Counted from the first letter of the stretch, positions 36,339 to 46,089 are shown. The stretch: 64,000 bases of DNA from Caulobacterales bacterium (GCA_035548735.1 DASZSK010000263.1:8711-72710), one strand, 5' to 3'. The notes: generated by a model not told the origin, from the sequence alone. A program made the numbers and translations.

Positions 36339-37751
36339 ATGGACGCTCAGGTTAAGACACAGGCGCCGCCGGTTACGCGGATGCTGGCGGAGTTCGCCAC
36401 CAAGCTGCGCTATGAGGATCTGACGCCCGATGTCATCGCGATGGCTAAGCGCAGCATTCTCGATTCATTCGGGTGCGGCGTGTTCGGCGCCAACACGCCT
36501 TGGACGCAAGCGGTCACGCGCGTCGTCAATGGACTGGGCCAAGCGCAACGCGCGTCGGCTTGGGGCCAAAAGGGCAAAGCCGATGTGCTGGGCGCCTCGT
36601 TCATCAATGGCACGTCAGCACAGGGCTACGAGCTCGACGATTGCCACGATCAATCGATGTCGCACTATGGCGCCGGCGTGATCCCCGCCGTGATGGCGTG
36701 CTCGGAGGATTTCGGCAATGTCAGCGGCAAGGACATGATCCTCGCCGTCGTCGCAGGCTACGAACTTGGCACGCGCATCGGCAACACTGTGAGTCCGTCG
36801 GCGTTCCACACCGGGTTCCACCCGTGTGGGCTCACCTCGACGTTCGGTTCGGCGGCGGCGATCGGCAAGCTGATCAAGCTCGACACCGAAAAATATATCA
36901 ACTGCCTTGGTCTCGCCGGCTCGCAGGCCGCCGGCCTGATGGCGGCGCAATTCGGGGCGATGGCCAAGCGCTTCCATTCGGGCAAAGCCTCGCAGAATGG
37001 GATCATCGCCGCTTATTGCGCGCGCGAAGGTTTGACCGGCGTGCGCGACGTGATCGAAGCGGAATATGGCGGCTTCTGCTCGTCTTATTCGCGCGAATAC
37101 GATCTCAGCTGGGCGACGAAGGGCCTGGGCGCCGGCCATTGGGAGATCATGAAGAACGGCTTCAAGCGCTATTCTTCGCTCGCTTCGAGCCAAGCGACCG
37201 CCGAGTGTCTGCGCATCCTGCGCGAGCAGCACAATCTGCGCGGCGAAGATGTGGAGCGCGTCGATGTCGGCACGACCAACATGGTCTATGTCCATTGCGG
37301 CTGGCCCTATAAGCCAATGAATCCGCCGGAAACCATCGCCGCGCAGATGAACCTGCCGTTCGTGGCGGCGGTTATGCTGCTTGAAGGAAACGCCTTCATC
37401 GATCAGTTCCAGGACAGCAAGCTCACCGATCCGACGATCATGAATCTGGCCGACCGCGTCATCGTCACGGTCGATCCCGAACTCGATGCGCTGGGCAAAG
37501 ACGAAATGCGCGCTGTGCGCGTCACCGTGACAATGCGAAACGGCAAGCAATACAAGCATTCGCTGCTCTATCGCCCGGGGCATTGCATGAACCCGATCCC
37601 GGATGAAGCGCTGCGCGCCAAATTCCGCGATCTCGCCGGCCGCGTCATCAAGGAAAGCGCCTGCGCGCGCATCGAAACGATCGTCGAAAATCTCGACAAG
37701 GAAGCCAATCCCGCGCCGTTGCTGGCGACGGCGCTGCAGGACGTGCGCTGA
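36339..37751 (+). CDS. MmgE/PrpD family protein (paralog 2)
   Basis: 470 aa with PrpD-type pattern (FATKLRYEDL, ILDSFG, ELDDCH). Confidence 0.85.
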   Translation: MDAQVKTQAPPVTRMLAEFATKLRYEDLTPDVIAMAKRSILDSFGCGVFGANTPWTQAVTRVVNGLGQAQRASAWGQKGKADVLGASFINGTSAQGYELDDCHDQSMSHYGAGVIPAVMACSEDFGNVSGKDMILAVVAGYELGTRIGNTVSPSAFHTGFHPCGLTSTFGSAAAIGKLIKLDTEKYINCLGLAGSQAAGLMAAQFGAMAKRFHSGKASQNGIIAAYCAREGLTGVRDVIEAEYGGFCSSYSREYDLSWATKGLGAGHWEIMKNGFKRYSSLASSQATAECLRILREQHNLRGEDVERVDVGTTNMVYVHCGWPYKPMNPPETIAAQMNLPFVAAVMLLEGNAFIDQFQDSKLTDPTIMNLADRVIVTVDPELDALGKDEMRAVRVTVTMRNGKQYKHSLLYRPGHCMNPIPDEALRAKFRDLAGRVIKESACARIETIVENLDKEANPAPLLATALQDVR

Positions 37752-39169
37752 TGAGCAAGACCCTGGCGGAGACCTACGCCGATTTTGCTTCGTCGTTCCC
37801 GGCGAAGGATATGCCGGCGGACGTGCGCGAGGCCGCGCGCTGGCACATCATCGACTCGATTGGCGTCTCCATTGCGGGCGCCAATCCGAACGAGGATAGC
37901 GGCAAGGCCGCGGCGAAGCTGGCGAAGCAATGGGGCGCCGGCGAGGGCGCGAGCCTTTATGGTCTCGAAGGCAAGGCGCGGCCCGAACTTGCGGCGCTGC
38001 TGAACGGTTCGATGGCGCAGGCGCTGGAAATGGATGACAAGCACGGCTCCTCGATGGCGCGCCCAGGCTCCACGGTGATCCCAGCAGCGCTCGCAGCCGC
38101 TGAGGCCCGCGGCGCGACCATTGCCGATGCGATCGATGCAACGGTCGTCGGCTATGAAGTGATGATCAGGCTTGGTTTCGTCGGCGGCGATCGCTTCCTC
38201 GAGCGCGGCTATCACACCTCGTCGCTGATCGGTTCGTTCGGCGCGGCGGCGGCGATCGGGCGCTTTCGCAAGGCGAGCGCGGCGCAGATCGTCGATGCGT
38301 TCGGCATCAGCGGGACGCTGGCCTCGGGCATTCAGGAATCCACGCGCACCGGCTCCACGTCCAAAATCATTCACGGCGGCTGGGGCGCGCACGCGGGGAT
38401 ACTCGCCGTCGATATGGCGATGGCCGGCATCACTGGCCCGTCGACCGTCTTTGAGGGCAAGTTCGGCTTTTTCGAAACGCATCTGACGCCCATCAAGGGC
38501 GAGCTCGATTTCGCCAAAGGCGGCGCCGCGCTGGGCGCGCACTGGTATCTGCCGGAAACGGCCTACAAGCCTTACCCGTGTTGCCAATTGCTGCACGCCT
38601 TCATCGAGGCGGCCAAGCAAGTGCTCGCCGACTTCGAGCGCGACGGCGTGACGGTCGACGATATCACGTCGATTAAGTGCCAACTTGCGGAGCCCGGCTT
38701 GACGCTGGTCACGCAGCCGCGCGAGCGCAAGAAGGCGCCGCAGACGCCGCACGAAGCGCGCTTCAGTCTGTTTTATGGCGTTGCGGCCGCGCTGCTCGAC
38801 GGCGATGTCGGCCTTGAGACGTTCCGCGCGGAGCGTCTCTCCGACCCGAGAATCCTCAAGCTTGCCGCGGCGACGGAAGCCTCTGTCGACCCGGACTCGG
38901 ATTATCCGCAGCATTGCCCTGCGCGGCTGACCGTCGAGGCGAAGGGCAAGACCTATTACAAGCACGTACCGTACCATCCGGGTTCGCCGGAAGCGGCGCT
39001 GACGCGATCCGACGTGCTGGACAAGTTCGCGCGCAATACGCGCTGGTGCTTTGGGGAAGGCGCTCGCGCCATGGCCGAAGAAATGGGCGCGCTGCCGGAG
39101 AACGCCGAGATTGCGCGTCTCATCGGTTACGCCACGCGCAATAAGAGCGAGACGCGGAAGGCGTCATGA
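37751..39169 (+). CDS. MmgE/PrpD family protein (paralog 3)
   Basis: 472 aa (FPAKDMP, IIDSIG, EMDDKH). Its ATG shares one nucleotide with the upstream TGA (TGATG). Confidence 0.85.
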   Translation: MSKTLAETYADFASSFPAKDMPADVREAARWHIIDSIGVSIAGANPNEDSGKAAAKLAKQWGAGEGASLYGLEGKARPELAALLNGSMAQALEMDDKHGSSMARPGSTVIPAALAAAEARGATIADAIDATVVGYEVMIRLGFVGGDRFLERGYHTSSLIGSFGAAAAIGRFRKASAAQIVDAFGISGTLASGIQESTRTGSTSKIIHGGWGAHAGILAVDMAMAGITGPSTVFEGKFGFFETHLTPIKGELDFAKGGAALGAHWYLPETAYKPYPCCQLLHAFIEAAKQVLADFERDGVTVDDITSIKCQLAEPGLTLVTQPRERKKAPQTPHEARFSLFYGVAAALLDGDVGLETFRAERLSDPRILKLAAATEASVDPDSDYPQHCPARLTVEAKGKTYYKHVPYHPGSPEAALTRSDVLDKFARNTRWCFGEGARAMAEEMGALPENAEIARLIGYATRNKSETRKAS

Positions 39170-40653
39170 GTTCGCAGGGCGCGCAAGCCGATTTCAGCCG
39201 ACTATACATAGGCGGCGCGTGGGTGGCGCCGCATTCCGGCGCTGTGATCCGTTCGATCGATCCGTCGACCGAGGAAGTCTGGGCGGACGTCGCAGTGGGC
39301 GACGCCGTCGACATCGACAACGCCGTCGCGGCGGCGCGCGCGGCGGTGTCAGGAAAGTGGGGGCGCGCGACGACTCCAACCGCGCGCGGCGCGTTGCTGA
39401 CGCGCTTCGCCGATTTGATTCGGCGCGATGCGCGGATGCTTGCGGAAGTGGAGAGCCGCGACAATGGCAAACCGCTGAAAGACACGCTTGGCGAAATGCA
39501 GCGCGCCGCCGACTGGATCACGTATTTCGCCGGCGCCGCCGACAAGCTCACCGGTGAGCAGAGTCCATTCAGTACAACGGCGCTCGCTTACACGCGGCGC
39601 GAGCCGGTCGGCGTCGTTGCAGCCATTCTGCCGTGGAATTCGCCGATCCTACTGGCGTGTTGGAAGCTGGGCCCGGGCCTCGCGACCGGCAATGCGATGA
39701 TCCTGAAGCCCGCGCCGCAGACGCCGGCGAGCTTGCTTGCACTGGCGCGGCTGGCGCAAGAAGCGGGATTTCCGGCCGGTGCGGTCAATGTCGTGCCCGG
39801 CGACGGCGCCGTGGGTGCGGCATTGTCGGCGCATCGCGACGTCGACAAGATCTCCTTCACCGGCTCACACCAGACCGCGTCGCGCATCATGCAGGCGGCG
39901 AGCGTCAATCTGAAACGCTGTTCGTTCGAGTGCGGCGGCAAATCGCCGTTCATCGTCTTCGCTGACGCCGACGTGGAGCGCGCGCTATCCGTTGCGACGC
40001 ACAGCAGCTTCCGTTCGACGGGTCAGTCTTGCTCGGTCGCGTCGCGCATCTTCGTTGAGCGGCCGATCTATGAGAAGTTCGCGCGGGATTTGGCGGAGCG
40101 CGCGCGGCGCATTCGCATCGGCTCGCCGTTCGATCCGAAGACGCATATCGGTCCGCAGACCTCCGCTGAGCAGCTGGAGAAGACCCAGGCGTACATTGCG
40201 CTGGGCCATGAAAGCGGCGCGCGTGTCCTCGCCGGCGGGGGACGTCCGCCTGGTTTGCCGCGCGGCTATTATGTTGAGCCAACCGTCTTCGCCGACGCCG
40301 ACAATGGTTCGCGCTTGGCGCAAGAGGAAATCTTTGGGCCGGTGACGGCGGTTATGCCGTTCGACAGTGAGGAGGAGGTCGTCTCGCTGGCGAACGACAC
40401 CTACTACGGCCTTGTCGGCGGCTTGTGGACATCGGACGTGTCGCGCGCGCATCGCGTCGCCGCCCAAATCGAGGCGGGCCTGGTATCGGTCAACACGTTC
40501 CGACCGGTGCACTACATGCTGCCGTATGGCGGCTACAAGCTCTCCGGCATCGGCCGCGAAAACGGCTTTGATGCGCTGCACGAATTCACCGAGACGAAAA
40601 CCGTCGTCGTCGATCTTGCGGACCAGGCGCCGCCGGACCCGTTCGTGGATTGA
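39166..40653 (+). CDS. NAD(P)-dependent aldehyde dehydrogenase (second paralog)
   Basis: 495 aa. Contains FECGGKSP and GQSCSVASR. Start overlaps the upstream stop (ATGA). Confidence 0.85.
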   Translation: MSSQGAQADFSRLYIGGAWVAPHSGAVIRSIDPSTEEVWADVAVGDAVDIDNAVAAARAAVSGKWGRATTPTARGALLTRFADLIRRDARMLAEVESRDNGKPLKDTLGEMQRAADWITYFAGAADKLTGEQSPFSTTALAYTRREPVGVVAAILPWNSPILLACWKLGPGLATGNAMILKPAPQTPASLLALARLAQEAGFPAGAVNVVPGDGAVGAALSAHRDVDKISFTGSHQTASRIMQAASVNLKRCSFECGGKSPFIVFADADVERALSVATHSSFRSTGQSCSVASRIFVERPIYEKFARDLAERARRIRIGSPFDPKTHIGPQTSAEQLEKTQAYIALGHESGARVLAGGGRPPGLPRGYYVEPTVFADADNGSRLAQEEIFGPVTAVMPFDSEEEVVSLANDTYYGLVGGLWTSDVSRAHRVAAQIEAGLVSVNTFRPVHYMLPYGGYKLSGIGRENGFDALHEFTETKTVVVDLADQAPPDPFVD

Positions 40654-40817
40654 TCGCCGGCGCCCATGCTCTGGGTGGAAATCGCGGATGCGCGTGCGCG
40701 ATGAAGACGCGCCCGTCAATGTGCCGCATAATAACGCGCTAAAGCATAAGACGGGAGGACAGGCGTGGCGTTTCGGTTGCAATGGGCGCAGGCGTCCGTC
40801 AGCGACGGCGATCACCG

Positions 40818-42191
40818 ATGAGTAGTGCGCCGACGCGGCCGTCCGGCGCGCGAGCATCCGAACTTGAGGCCGCCGTCGGCGCGGTGCTCGATAATCTCAA
40901 GACGTTTCGCGTTGGCTATTGGGCGCCGGTCCTGCTGGGGCTCATCATGCTGTTCGATTCATGGGACAGCATCGCGATCGCCTACGCTATGCCTTCGATG
41001 CTGGCCGAATGGCGCCTGTCGCCACTGCAGATCGGTATCGTCATTTCATCTGGCTATGCCGGCCAATTCGCCGGCGCGATCGTCCTCGGCGCCCTGGCGG
41101 AGCGCTTTGGACGCATGCCAATTTTCATCGTCGCAGCGACGGTGATGGCGGTGCTGGCGCTCGCCTGCGCCTACGCGCCGAACTACGAGATGATGGTCGG
41201 CATCCGTTTCGTGCAGGGCGTGATGATCGGCGGCGCGCTGCCCATCTCGGTGACCTACATCAACGAACTTGCGCCGACGCAAACGCGCGGGCGTTACTTC
41301 ACGATGTTTCAGGTGCTGGCGATGGCGGGCTACGCCGCGGCCTCGGTGTCGAGCACGTTCATCATTCCGCATTGGGGCTGGCGTTGGTTGTTCGCTCTGG
41401 GCGCGGCGCCGATCGTGCTGGTGCCGCTCGCCGCGTTGACGCTGCCGGAATCGCCGCGTTGGCTCGCGCGCATCGGCCGCTTCGGCGATGCGAACCGGGC
41501 GCTGGCGCAACTCGGCGGCGGCCCGGCGATCGAGCCGCCGGAAATCCAATCCGCCGCGTCGGTGAAGGGGGAGCCGAAACTCAACACGTTGGTGTTGTTC
41601 GGTCGCGGCCTATGGGCGCGAACCGCGATCGTCACGCTGCTGTGGTTCCTGACCTCGTTCGCGAATTTCGGCCTGACCACGTGGGTGCCGTCGATTTACG
41701 TCACGGTCTTTCATATTCCCGTCGCCAATGCCCTGAAGTATGGCGCTGCGTCGAGCGTCGGATTTTTGATCATCTCACCCTTCCTCGGGCTCATCATGGA
41801 CCGCACTGGCCGCAGACCGATCGCCATGATCGGCACGGCTATCGCCACAATCATGATGATCGCGCTCGCGTTCCATCGCCCGAGCGCCGAAATGGTGCTG
41901 GTGCCAATGGTGTTGCTGGGGCACGTGGCAATTTCCGCGACATCGCTGATCCTTTGGCCCTATACGGCGGAGACGTACCCAACCAACGTGCGCGCTCTGG
42001 GACTGGGCTACGCCAGCTCGATCGCGCGCGGGGCTTCGATGCTGACCCCGCTCTGCGTCGGCGTCATCCTGAGCACGGGCGCGTCGATTGCGATCGTGTT
42101 CGCCACGTTCGGCGTATGCGCATTTGGGGCGTTCCTTATGTGGGTGACGCTGACCCGCGAAACCGCGCGGAAGCCGCTCGAAAGCATCTGA
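40818..42191 (+). CDS. MFS transporter, metabolite/aromatic-acid:H+ symporter-like
   Basis: 12-TM pattern with GALAERFGRMP and PESPRWL motifs. About 55 percent identical by eye to the product of 48322..49692. Start at 40818 or 40782. Confidence 0.8.
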   Translation: MSSAPTRPSGARASELEAAVGAVLDNLKTFRVGYWAPVLLGLIMLFDSWDSIAIAYAMPSMLAEWRLSPLQIGIVISSGYAGQFAGAIVLGALAERFGRMPIFIVAATVMAVLALACAYAPNYEMMVGIRFVQGVMIGGALPISVTYINELAPTQTRGRYFTMFQVLAMAGYAAASVSSTFIIPHWGWRWLFALGAAPIVLVPLAALTLPESPRWLARIGRFGDANRALAQLGGGPAIEPPEIQSAASVKGEPKLNTLVLFGRGLWARTAIVTLLWFLTSFANFGLTTWVPSIYVTVFHIPVANALKYGAASSVGFLIISPFLGLIMDRTGRRPIAMIGTAIATIMMIALAFHRPSAEMVLVPMVLLGHVAISATSLILWPYTAETYPTNVRALGLGYASSIARGASMLTPLCVGVILSTGASIAIVFATFGVCAFGAFLMWVTLTRETARKPLESI

Positions 42192-42206
42192 AATGGAAGG
42201 GCGACG

Positions 42207-42512
42207 ATGAGGGTAGCTGTCTTTGGCCAGATGCGGTTTCCGCCGGAGCAACGCGCTGCGATCTTGCCTCATCTCAAAACACTGATCGAGGCGACGCGCC
42301 GGAACGATGGATGCATCGCGTACGATGTCGCCGAAGACGTGCTCGATCCAGGGCTTTTCCGCTTCTCGGAGCTGTGGCCTGATCAGGAAACGCTGTCCGG
42401 TCACATGAAGGCGCCGCACATTCCGCCATGGCGCGAGGCGTGCCTGACATGTGGGATTATCGAGCGCACGTTCGCAGTGTATGACGCCACGAACGAGCGC
42501 GGCCTGGGCTGA
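42207..42512 (+). CDS. Antibiotic-biosynthesis-monooxygenase (ABM/YgiN-like) domain protein
   Basis: 101 aa with a ferredoxin-like ABM pattern (CIAYDVAEDV..PGLFRFSELWPDQETLSGHMKAPH). Confidence 0.7.
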   Translation: MRVAVFGQMRFPPEQRAAILPHLKTLIEATRRNDGCIAYDVAEDVLDPGLFRFSELWPDQETLSGHMKAPHIPPWREACLTCGIIERTFAVYDATNERGLG

Positions 42513-42534
42513 TCCGCGCGACAGGGAGATCAGA

Positions 42535-43074
42535 TTGCCTCGCATTCCGTACCCGAAGCCGGAAACGCTGTCGCAGGCTAAAAGCGACATCATCGCCAAT
42601 CCGCCGGTTGGACGCGTGCTTAATGTTTCTCGGATGGCGATGCACGCGCCCGACATGTTCTGGTGGCCGCAACGCGAGCTGGGAATGGCCGCCGTGCGCA
42701 CACAAACCTTCGAGCCGAAGCTGAAGGAAAGCATCGTTCTCCGCGTCGCTTACATGTCCAACAGCGATTACGAGCTGCATCATCACAAAGCCCTGGCGGA
42801 GAATGCCGGCGTCACCGAGGCGATGTTCGAAGCGCTGCGCGTGGGCGACTTTTCGAGCTTCACGCCCAGGGAACGGGCGGTGCTGGAGTTCGTGACGGAA
42901 GTCGTGCGCGATGTATCGCCGCGCGAGGAGACCATCGCGGCGGTCCGGGAATATCTGCCCAACGAGCAATTGTTCGAGCTGATCTTCTTCATCGGCTCGT
43001 ACATGATGACGGCGCGCGTTGCGGCGGTCTCGGGGCTCGAGCTTGACGAGGAGCCGGTGCGCGCCTGGCGCTAA
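42535..43074 (+). CDS. Carboxymuconolactone decarboxylase (AhpD-like) family protein, paralog of 28544..29098
   Basis: A TTG start at 42535 behind AGGGAG gives LPRIPYP..., aligning with MSRVPYP... of the paralog. The motif reads RVAYMSNSDYELHHH, with Ser in place of the paralog Cys. Confidence 0.7.
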   Translation: MPRIPYPKPETLSQAKSDIIANPPVGRVLNVSRMAMHAPDMFWWPQRELGMAAVRTQTFEPKLKESIVLRVAYMSNSDYELHHHKALAENAGVTEAMFEALRVGDFSSFTPRERAVLEFVTEVVRDVSPREETIAAVREYLPNEQLFELIFFIGSYMMTARVAAVSGLELDEEPVRAWR

Positions 43075-43979
43075 GAGAAGGTGCGGCCGAAGATGCGGTT
43101 GGCCGTTGAAAAGAGCACTTTCGCGCGCTCGTCAGCATCCAGCAAAGCAACCGAACGGCGAAGGCCTTCGATGATCCTGGAATAGGGGCCTTTGGTTTGA
43201 CCGATATCGGTCCCGACCATGATACGTTCGGCGCCGAATTCATTGACCAAGCGCCGCACGAACTTTGCCGTATCGATGGCGTGCGCGTCCAAGAATTCGA
43301 GATTGATGCCGGTCAGTTTGAAGTGGATGTTGCGATGCGCGCGGAGCGCCTTGAGCGCCGGCGTGATCGCGTAGTCCGGCGGGCCTGGATAGGTGATGCG
43401 TTCGTTTGGCGTAAAGAACGCCATCGGCGCGTGCTCGATCCCCAAATGATCGATCACGATCGGCATTTCTGGAAACATATCGGCGATGATCAAGATAGCG
43501 GGCAGGTTGTAGGGGATTTGCCGTAGGTAGAAGATGATGGCGACCGGCAAACCGAGTTCCGCGGCCGTCTCCCACAGGCGGAGCGTCTGCGGCGCATTCA
43601 TCCAGCCGGTGTCGATATTGTCGGACGTGTTGGCGAAGCGCAGCGCGCCGACGGCTTGGCGCTTGACCATATCGCGCAGGATGTCAGGCGATTGCGGGTC
43701 TTGGCCGGCGAGCATGACGACGGGCGTCAGTCGGTCTCGATGCGGACGCGACGCGTCGAGCACATAGGAATTGTCGACATAGTAGTAGTGGAAGCGCTGG
43801 ACGGCGCAGGCGCGCGTCACGTTGCACGCCGCCATGTCCTCAAGCAGCTCTTCAGCGGTGCAGGGCGGAACGCCCGTGTGCTTGACGACAGCTGAGGGCG
43901 GATAGGCGACGCTGTCCGCCGACATGATGTGCGCATGCGTGTCGAAGATCGGCTCGATATTGGCCATCGGCGCTGACAC
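43071..43979 (-). CDS. Amidohydrolase-2 family protein (second paralog)
   Basis: IFDTHAHI metal motif and IDHLG motif. The track start at 43979 is GTG. Alternative ATG at 43967. Confidence 0.75.
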   Translation of the reverse strand: MSAPMANIEPIFDTHAHIMSADSVAYPPSAVVKHTGVPPCTAEELLEDMAACNVTRACAVQRFHYYYVDNSYVLDASRPHRDRLTPVVMLAGQDPQSPDILRDMVKRQAVGALRFANTSDNIDTGWMNAPQTLRLWETAAELGLPVAIIFYLRQIPYNLPAILIIADMFPEMPIVIDHLGIEHAPMAFFTPNERITYPGPPDYAITPALKALRAHRNIHFKLTGINLEFLDAHAIDTAKFVRRLVNEFGAERIMVGTDIGQTKGPYSRIIEGLRRSVALLDADERAKVLFSTANRIFGRTFS

Positions 43980-44465
43980 TCAGTCCTTCTTCGCCGCCAA
44001 CCGCTTCTCCATCTCTTCGCGCGGCAGCACGGTCGCGGCGGCGCCGCCCTTGAACATCGAACTCCACTTACGGTGCTTCACCAGCCACGCGCCATCGTCC
44101 AGCACGACCGTGTCCCGCACCAGCGAGACATTGATCGGCGGCGCCGTCGCTTGCGGCGCCTCGCCGTCATGCGCATAGAGCATGCAGACCCAGGCGCAAT
44201 TGGCGACCGTGTCGCTCTCGAACGTGCAATGGAAATTGATCACAGCGTGCAGCACGACGCGGGGGCCGCGATCGCGACGAAATGCGTAGAATTCCTCGAT
44301 TTCGCGACGTCCCTTGTACGGCGCGACGCCGCCGCTCTCGAACACGCCATCCTCGGTGTAATAGCTTGCAGCGTTGCGACCCCAGTTGAAGTCGACGTCA
44401 TGCCAATACGCGATCAGCTTGGCATGGAGATCTTGAGCTATCGCGCGTTGCTGGCTGGCGTCCAT
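43980..44465 (-). CDS. SnoaL/NTF2-like fold protein
   Basis: 161 aa from the ATG at 44465 (MDASQQRAIAQDLHAKLIAYWHDVD...). The longer track ORF to 44903 overlaps the opposite-strand BKACE gene. Start is uncertain, with 44519 also possible. Confidence 0.6.
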   Translation of the reverse strand: MDASQQRAIAQDLHAKLIAYWHDVDFNWGRNAASYYTEDGVFESGGVAPYKGRREIEEFYAFRRDRGPRVVLHAVINFHCTFESDTVANCAWVCMLYAHDGEAPQATAPPINVSLVRDTVVLDDGAWLVKHRKWSSMFKGGAAATVLPREEMEKRLAAKKD

Positions 44466-44730
44466 CGGTGCTTTCCCCAGAGCGTTTCTTTGCATCAGGC
44501 GGAATTGCTCGCGGAGCATCGCTGTTATCCGCGGAGCGGTTCGCTGATTGAAATAGATGCGATCGCCACCGCGCTTGCGACGTTCGGATTTCGGTGTCCG
44601 AAGCGCTAGCTTGTGTCGACATAAAAAACGGTACAGTGTCTCCAAATTGAGATCAATGTCGCGAGCGGCGTGAGCGCGCTTCAAGCTCATCCCTGCAGCG
44701 CAATTCAGATATCGTGGAGTGAGACGTCGA

Positions 44731-45660
44731 ATGGCTGAGCGGAAGGCAATCATCACCTGCGCGGTGACGGGATCGATCCATACGCCCTCGATGTCGCCGC
44801 ATTTGCCGATCACCGCCGAAGAGATCGCCGACGCGGCGATTGGCGCCGTGGAAGCCGGCGCCGCCATCGTCCATCTGCACGCGCGCAATCCCGTGGATGG
44901 CAAGCCGGATCAGAGCCCGGAGGCTTTCCGTCCGATCATCGAGGTGATCAAGCAGCGCTGTGATGGCGTCATCAACATCACCACCGGCGGCGCGCCGTGG
45001 ATGTCGATCGAGGAGCGCGTGGCGCCCTGCGCGAAGTTCAAGCCGGAGGTCGCGTCGCTCAATATGGGCTCGATGAATTTCGGCCTTTACGAGATGCTGC
45101 ATCGTTTCAAGACGCTGAAGTACGAATGGGAGCACATGCTGCTCGAAGGCTCGCGTGATCGCGTGGTCAAGAACACGTTCACGGACATCGAGTACATTTT
45201 GAAGACGTGCGCCGCCAACGGCACGCGCTTCGAAGCGGAATGCTATGATGTCGGCCACCTCTATACGCTCGCGCACTTCGCCGACCGCAAACTGATCGAA
45301 CCGCCCTTCTTCGTGCAGAGCGTGTTCGGCATCCTGGGCGGTATCGGCGCGCATCCGGAAGATGTCGGCCACATGAAGCGTACGGCGGATCGACTGTTCG
45401 GCGACGATTATCGCTGGAGTGTGTTGGGCGGGGGTCGCAATCAGATGACGGTCGCCGCGATCGCGGCGGCGATGGGCGGCAACGTGCGCGTGGGCCTTGA
45501 GGATTCGCTTTGGGACGGGCCCGGTAAGCTGGCAGAATCGAACGCTGCGCAGGTCACGCGCGTACGCAAGATCATCGAGGGCCTCGGGCGCGAGATCGCT
45601 TCGCCAGACGAGGCGCGCGAGATTTTGAAGTTGAAGGGCGGCGACCGCGTCGACTTCTAA
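44731..45660 (+). CDS. Beta-keto acid cleavage enzyme (BKACE / DUF849, 3-keto-5-aminohexanoate cleavage enzyme family)
   Basis: MAERKAIITCAVTGSIHTPSMSPHLPITAEEIADAAIGAVEAGAAIVHLHARNP... is the typical BKACE N-terminus, with C-terminal GGNVRVGLED. Confidence 0.85.
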   Translation: MAERKAIITCAVTGSIHTPSMSPHLPITAEEIADAAIGAVEAGAAIVHLHARNPVDGKPDQSPEAFRPIIEVIKQRCDGVINITTGGAPWMSIEERVAPCAKFKPEVASLNMGSMNFGLYEMLHRFKTLKYEWEHMLLEGSRDRVVKNTFTDIEYILKTCAANGTRFEAECYDVGHLYTLAHFADRKLIEPPFFVQSVFGILGGIGAHPEDVGHMKRTADRLFGDDYRWSVLGGGRNQMTVAAIAAAMGGNVRVGLEDSLWDGPGKLAESNAAQVTRVRKIIEGLGREIASPDEAREILKLKGGDRVDF

Positions 45661-46089
45661 TTATTTTGGCCGCGTCAGCCGAAAGATTCCGTTGGCGCGG
45701 GCGACCGGACCGTTCGGCCCGATGGCGACGACATCGCAGAACGCCGTGCGATAGGTGGCGTGGATCATGCGCGCGCGACTTTCGATCCAGTCGCCGGCGA
45801 CCGCGCCGCCGAGGAAGTCGATCGTCATCGACATGGTGGGCGATGGGCCTTCGAGCTTCGTGGCGGCGCGCATGGCGAGGCCCAGCGCCATATCGACGAA
45901 GGTCGCGATCATGCCGCCATGACAGGCCAGGCTGGCGTTGCAGTGTTTTGGTTCGACGCGAAAGCCGATGCGAAACGGTTCTTCCGGACCGAGATCCTTC
46001 GAGGACGTGAAGAACGGGCCGGTTATCGCTTCGAAGGCGCCGAACTCCATGGCTGTCCAGTCAGCCGAGGGCGGTTTCGCGTCAGACAT
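45661..46089 (-). CDS. PaaI-type hotdog-fold thioesterase
   Basis: Start at the ATG at 46089, behind AGGGAG. Contains the CHGGMIATFVDMALG motif. Confidence 0.75.
   Translation of the reverse strand: MSDAKPPSADWTAMEFGAFEAITGPFFTSSKDLGPEEPFRIGFRVEPKHCNASLACHGGMIATFVDMALGLAMRAATKLEGPSPTMSMTIDFLGGAVAGDWIESRARMIHATYRTAFCDVVAIGPNGPVARANGIFRLTRPK

Noticed and set aside
44520-44700. The translation of the minus strand (…DIDLNLETLYRFLCRHKLALRTPKSERRKRGG…) looked faintly like a transposase or resolvase HTH remnant
   Set aside because: It is too short and has no supporting inverted repeats, direct repeats or transposase catalytic motifs. The region is more simply the divergent promoter between the NTF2-like and BKACE genes.
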